From: Nocardioidaceae bacterium | Lineage (GTDB): Bacteria > Actinomycetota > Actinomycetes > Propionibacteriales > Nocardioidaceae | DNA length: 59,458 nt | Direction of reading: 5' to 3' | Assembly: GCA_013695785.1 (NCBI GenBank) | Contig: JACCZT010000171.1 | Coordinates: 1 to 59,458 of the forward strand | Part shown: positions 55,967 through 59,458 of the stretch, in pieces | Position numbering within the stretch: position 1 is the stretch's first letter | Layout of the letters: each line of letters opens with the position of its first letter | Notes under the pieces: model-generated | Seen by the model: only the letters and a program-made list of their open reading frames with translations | The model's database searches: none | Told to the model about the DNA's origin: nothing | Program-made: the position numbers and the translations under genes

Positions 55967-56626
55967 CTAGACGGACTCGTCGGTAGTGACAGGCGCGGCG
56001 AACCAGGGCAGGAAGAGCTGTAGCAGCGGGCCGATGGCGACGGCGTACAGCACGGTGCCGGCGCCCACCGTGCCGCCGAGCAGCCAACCGGCCAGCAGGA
56101 CGGTCCCCTCCACCGCTGTCCGCAGCAGCCGCACGCTGCGCCCGGTCGCGCTGACCAGACCGAGGGTCAAGCCGTCCCGGGGACCGGGGCCGAGATGGGA
56201 GCCGATGTACATCGCGCCGGCGACGGCGTTGAACACGACGCCACCCACCAACAGCGCGGCCCGGAGGAACAGGTCGTCCGGCGCGGGCAGCAGCGCGAGC
56301 CCGGCGTCGGCAGCAAGGCCGACCACGAAGACGTTGAGGAGCGTCCCCAGCCCGGGTTTCTGGCGCAACGGGATCCACAGCAGGAGCACGGTAGCGCCGA
56401 CGACGATCGTGATGACGCCGAAGCTGAGCGGCACGTAGAACGAGAGCCCCTGGTGCAGCGTGTCCCACGGGTCGAGGCCGAGCTCTGCACGCACCATCAT
56501 CGCCATCGAGAAGCCGTAGAGGACGAGACCAGCCAGCAGCTGCGGCAGCCGCCGTCCCAGGCGGCCAAGTCGAAGCTGCTCGATTGGGCCCGCTTGCGGC
56601 GGTGTGTAGGGAGGGCGTCTGGACAC
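55967..56626 (-). CDS. YczE-like integral membrane protein
   Basis: 219 aa with ~5-6 TM segments. GTG start. Divergent from a MocR regulator, the classic YczE/MocR pairing. Confidence 0.72.
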   Translation of the reverse strand: MSRRPPYTPPQAGPIEQLRLGRLGRRLPQLLAGLVLYGFSMAMMVRAELGLDPWDTLHQGLSFYVPLSFGVITIVVGATVLLLWIPLRQKPGLGTLLNVFVVGLAADAGLALLPAPDDLFLRAALLVGGVVFNAVAGAMYIGSHLGPGPRDGLTLGLVSATGRSVRLLRTAVEGTVLLAGWLLGGTVGAGTVLYAVAIGPLLQLFLPWFAAPVTTDESV

Positions 56627-56687
56627 AGGTCGAGTCTGCCCGATATTGGCCTACTTTTACATATCCACTTCTGCCATAGTGGTTCAC

Positions 56688-58127
56688 ATGACCGGACGTG
56701 TCAGCGCAGTGCGGTTGCGGGCTCTGCTGGATGTCGATGCCGTCGATCGTCCGGGCTATCGTGACATCGCCGAACGGGTCCGGCTGCTGGTCATCGACGG
56801 CCGGCTGCCCTCAGGCACCCAGCTGCCGAGCGAGCGCGACCTCACCACCGCGTTGCCGGTGAGCCGCACCACCGTGACCCGCGCGTACGCCGAGCTGCGC
56901 GAGGCCGGACTGCTCGTCTCCCGTCGCGGTTCGGGCAGCGTCGTGACACTTGCGCACGACGCCGGCGCATCGGGCATGCTGGCTCCCGCCGACGCCGGAC
57001 CCGGGGCGATCGGGTGGACGGTCGCCGCCAGCGCCGCTGCGCCCGGGGTCGGCCTGGCGTACGCGCAGGCTGCTGCCGCGCTGCCGGCGTACCTGCACCA
57101 GAGCGGTTACGTGATGACGGGCGTGCCGGCCCTGCGCGAGGCGCTCGCTGCGCGCTACACCGAGCGCGGGTTGCCCACCGACGCCACGCAGATCATGGTC
57201 ACCGGAGGTGCGGTCGCCGCGTTGGGTCTCATCGCGCGGACCCTCGCCGTCCGGGGCGAACGGGTGTTGTGCGAGAGCCCCACCTATCCCAACGCCATCG
57301 AGTCGGTCCGCCGAAGCGGCCTGCGGCCCGTCGCCGTGCCGCTCGACGAGGATTGCTGGCACCTGCCGAGCTTCGAGGCCACCCTGCGCCAGGCCGCGCC
57401 ACGGCTGGCGTACCTCATCCCCGACTTCCACAACCCCACGGGGGCGCTGATGGACGCCGCGACCCGGGACGCACTCGGCGCAGCGCTCACCCGAGCTCGT
57501 ACCACGCCCGTCATCGACGAGACGATGGTAGAGCTCGTGCTCGACGGTGACGATGACGCCATGCCGCCTCCGTTCGCCGCGAGTGCGCCGGACGCGATCA
57601 CGATCGGATCGGCGAGCAAGAGCTTCTGGGGCGGCATCCGGATCGGGTGGGTACGCGCATCGCACGACATGGTGCGTCTCCTGGTCGACACGCGTCACTC
57701 GGCCGACCTGGGCTCTCCGGTCTTTGAGCAGCTGGTCCTCGTCGAGCTGCTCGCACGACGCGCGGAGGTGCTCGCCGAGCACCGCGCCGCCCTGCGCCGC
57801 CAGCGCGACGAGCTCGCCACTTTGGTCACCGACCGGTTGCCGGGATGGCAGTTCACCGTGCCGCCCGGCGGGCTCAGCCTCTGGGCGCAGCTGCCAGCAC
57901 GGGTCTCGAGCACGTTGGTGATCGCCGCGGCGCGAGAAGGTCTGATCCTCACCGCCGGTCCACGGTTCTTCGTCGGCGCGGGCGGCGAACGTCACCTTCG
58001 GTTGCCGTTCGCGCGCGAGCACGACGACCTCGCTGAGGCCGTCACCCGGCTCGCGCGCGCCTACCAACGGTGCCGTGACCGTACGGACCCGCCGAGCACT
58101 GCTGCGATGCACGCACTCACCGCGTGA
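56688..58127 (+). CDS. MocR/GabR-type regulator (GntR wHTH fused to fold-type I aminotransferase-like domain)
   Basis: GntR HTH LPSERDLTTALPVSRTTVTRAYAELREAGLL and an AAT-like domain with PLP-lysine context GSASKSFWGGIRIGW. Start at ATG 56688. Confidence 0.9.
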   Translation: MTGRVSAVRLRALLDVDAVDRPGYRDIAERVRLLVIDGRLPSGTQLPSERDLTTALPVSRTTVTRAYAELREAGLLVSRRGSGSVVTLAHDAGASGMLAPADAGPGAIGWTVAASAAAPGVGLAYAQAAAALPAYLHQSGYVMTGVPALREALAARYTERGLPTDATQIMVTGGAVAALGLIARTLAVRGERVLCESPTYPNAIESVRRSGLRPVAVPLDEDCWHLPSFEATLRQAAPRLAYLIPDFHNPTGALMDAATRDALGAALTRARTTPVIDETMVELVLDGDDDAMPPPFAASAPDAITIGSASKSFWGGIRIGWVRASHDMVRLLVDTRHSADLGSPVFEQLVLVELLARRAEVLAEHRAALRRQRDELATLVTDRLPGWQFTVPPGGLSLWAQLPARVSSTLVIAAAREGLILTAGPRFFVGAGGERHLRLPFAREHDDLAEAVTRLARAYQRCRDRTDPPSTAAMHALTA

Positions 58128-58140
58128 GAGAGTTCTGCCC

Positions 58141-59382
58141 ATGCCACAGGCGCAGGACGTCGATGCCGCGTCGGACCGGCTGTCCGGGGTCGCCGCGCGT
58201 ACGCCCTTACAGCCGAGTGGCCGACTCAGCGCCGCGACAGGACACCAGGTCTGGCTCAAGCGCGAGGATCTGCAGGTCGTGCGCTCGTACAAGCTGCGCG
58301 GCGCCTACAACCTGCTGGCGCAGCTCACCGCGGAGCAGCGCGCGCGCGGCGTGACGTGTGCCAGCGCCGGCAACCACGCACAAGGCGTCGCGTACGCCTG
58401 CCGGCGCCTCGCACTTCACGCCCGCATCTATGTGCCCCGCACGACGCCCCGGCAAAAACGCGAGCGCATCGTCGCACTCGGCGGTGACCACGTCGAGGTG
58501 ATCGTCGTGGGCGACACCTACGACGCGGCCAGCGCACACACGCGCCAGGACGCGCGCAACACCGGTGCGGTGCTGATCCCGGCGTTCGACCACCCTGACG
58601 TGATCGCCGGGCAGGGCACCGTGACATGCGAGACCGTCGACCAGCTCGGCCGGGCTCCGGACGTGCTGGTGGTGCCGGTCGGCGGCGGCGGTCTGCTCGC
58701 CGGTGCGCTGACCTGGTTGTCCGAACGGCACCCCGGCGTACGGGTCATCGGGGTGGAGCCCGCCGGGGCGGCCAGCATGGCGGCGGCGGTCGGTGCCGGA
58801 GAACCCGTCGAGCTCGACGAGCTGGACGGCTTCGTCGACGGCGCTGCGGTACGACGCGTCGGGGAGCACACCTTCGCCGCGGTACGCGCCCACGGCGTCG
58901 AGCTCGTGCAGGTCGACGCAGGCGTGCTCTGCGAAGAGATGCTGGACCTCTTCGACGCCGACGGCATCATCGCCGAACCCGCTGGCGCCCTTGCCGTCGC
59001 CGCGCTGCGCACCCTGCGGCTCGACGGCTCCGGACTCTCGGTCGTGTGCGTCGTCTCCGGCGGCAACCACGACGTGAGCCGCTACGCCGACGTCATCGAA
59101 CGCGCGCTCATCTCCAAGGGTCTCAAGCACTACTTCCTCGTGGAGTTCCCGCAGGAGCCTGGTGCCCTGCGTAATTTCCTGGACCACGTTCTCGGCCCGG
59201 ACGACGACATCACTTTGTTCGAGTACGTCAAGCGTCACAACCGCGAGACCGGGCCCGCCCTCGTCGGCATCGAGCTCGGCGAGGCCGAGGAGCTGCCTGC
59301 CCTGATGGCCCGGTTCGAGGCATCGCCGCTGCACAGCCGCAAGCTCGACCCCGACGACCCCGCCTTCAGCTTCCTGCTCTGA
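58141..59382 (+). CDS. ilvA: threonine ammonia-lyase (threonine dehydratase)
   Basis: PLP-lysine motif VRSYKLRGAYN, GGGGL loop, and a single C-terminal ACT-like regulatory domain. The ATG 58141 lies 13 nt after the MocR stop. Confidence 0.93.
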   Translation: MPQAQDVDAASDRLSGVAARTPLQPSGRLSAATGHQVWLKREDLQVVRSYKLRGAYNLLAQLTAEQRARGVTCASAGNHAQGVAYACRRLALHARIYVPRTTPRQKRERIVALGGDHVEVIVVGDTYDAASAHTRQDARNTGAVLIPAFDHPDVIAGQGTVTCETVDQLGRAPDVLVVPVGGGGLLAGALTWLSERHPGVRVIGVEPAGAASMAAAVGAGEPVELDELDGFVDGAAVRRVGEHTFAAVRAHGVELVQVDAGVLCEEMLDLFDADGIIAEPAGALAVAALRTLRLDGSGLSVVCVVSGGNHDVSRYADVIERALISKGLKHYFLVEFPQEPGALRNFLDHVLGPDDDITLFEYVKRHNRETGPALVGIELGEAEELPALMARFEASPLHSRKLDPDDPAFSFLL

Positions 59383-59458
59383 ACGACCGGTGGCTGTGCG
59401 GCGTCAGGGGCGGGACTCGTGTTCTGCGTTCGGGATTCTCATGCAACGTCCCTGCCGC

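Noticed and set aside
55101-56687. 528-aa minus-strand ORF spanning protease and YczE genes
   Set aside because: It is out of frame with two ORFs that have clear domain content (S1 protease triad, polytopic membrane protein). Its translation is Arg-rich junk.
58207-59334. 375-aa minus-strand ORF
   Set aside because: Antisense to ilvA, which carries the PLP-lysine and ACT-domain signatures.

Overview
High-G+C chromosomal segment with the conserved gene order of an actinobacterium (Actinomycetota); there are no rRNA or tRNA genes, CRISPR arrays or mobile elements that I can support. All calls rest on reading the six-frame translations and the DNA by eye (motifs, start-codon context, gene overlaps); no database search was run.

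Content, left to right:
- 1-11.4 kb: an accessory-looking amine/polyamine utilisation island. It has two class-III aminotransferases, a cupin/MarR divergent pair, a PotFGHI-like ABC importer, a saccharopine-dehydrogenase-family enzyme and translationally coupled PucR + Lrp regulators.
- 11.4-44.8 kb: almost entirely minus-strand housekeeping genes:
  - an AMP-forming acyl-CoA synthetase;
  - rlmN-cdsA-frr-pyrH-tsf-rpsB;
  - an M23 peptidase;
  - xerC-dprA-comM-yraN-DUF2469-rnhB-lepB-rplS-trmD-rimM-KH-rpsP;
  - HIT and gluconokinase genes;
  - ffh, glnD-glnK-amtB, ftsY and smc;
  - a small coiled-coil ORF, a YdbS/YdbT-like PH-domain pair and dus.
- 44.8-59.4 kb, mixed:
  - a secreted/anchored protein gene broken by three frameshifts;
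  - a lipoprotein, glyQS, an ABM-fold protein, a small membrane protein and a Zur-like Fur regulator;
  - dinB with a perfect LexA box over its start;
  - a hypothetical protein, ilvE and leuB;
  - a ~680-nt gene-poor spacer;
  - an O-methyltransferase, a Zn-ribbon-anchored S1 protease, a YczE-like membrane protein, a MocR regulator and ilvA.

I do not see a convincing multi-gene novel system such as a defence island. The items most worth a second look are:
- the frameshifted, G-homopolymer-associated surface-protein locus (44.86-46.2 kb);
- the long structured spacer plus Shine-Dalgarno-preceded (ribosome-binding-site) mini-ORF upstream of leuB (53.7-54.4 kb);
- the SOS box on dinB;
- the MarR operator;
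- short intergenic tandem repeats;
- TTG starts of ffh and smc.
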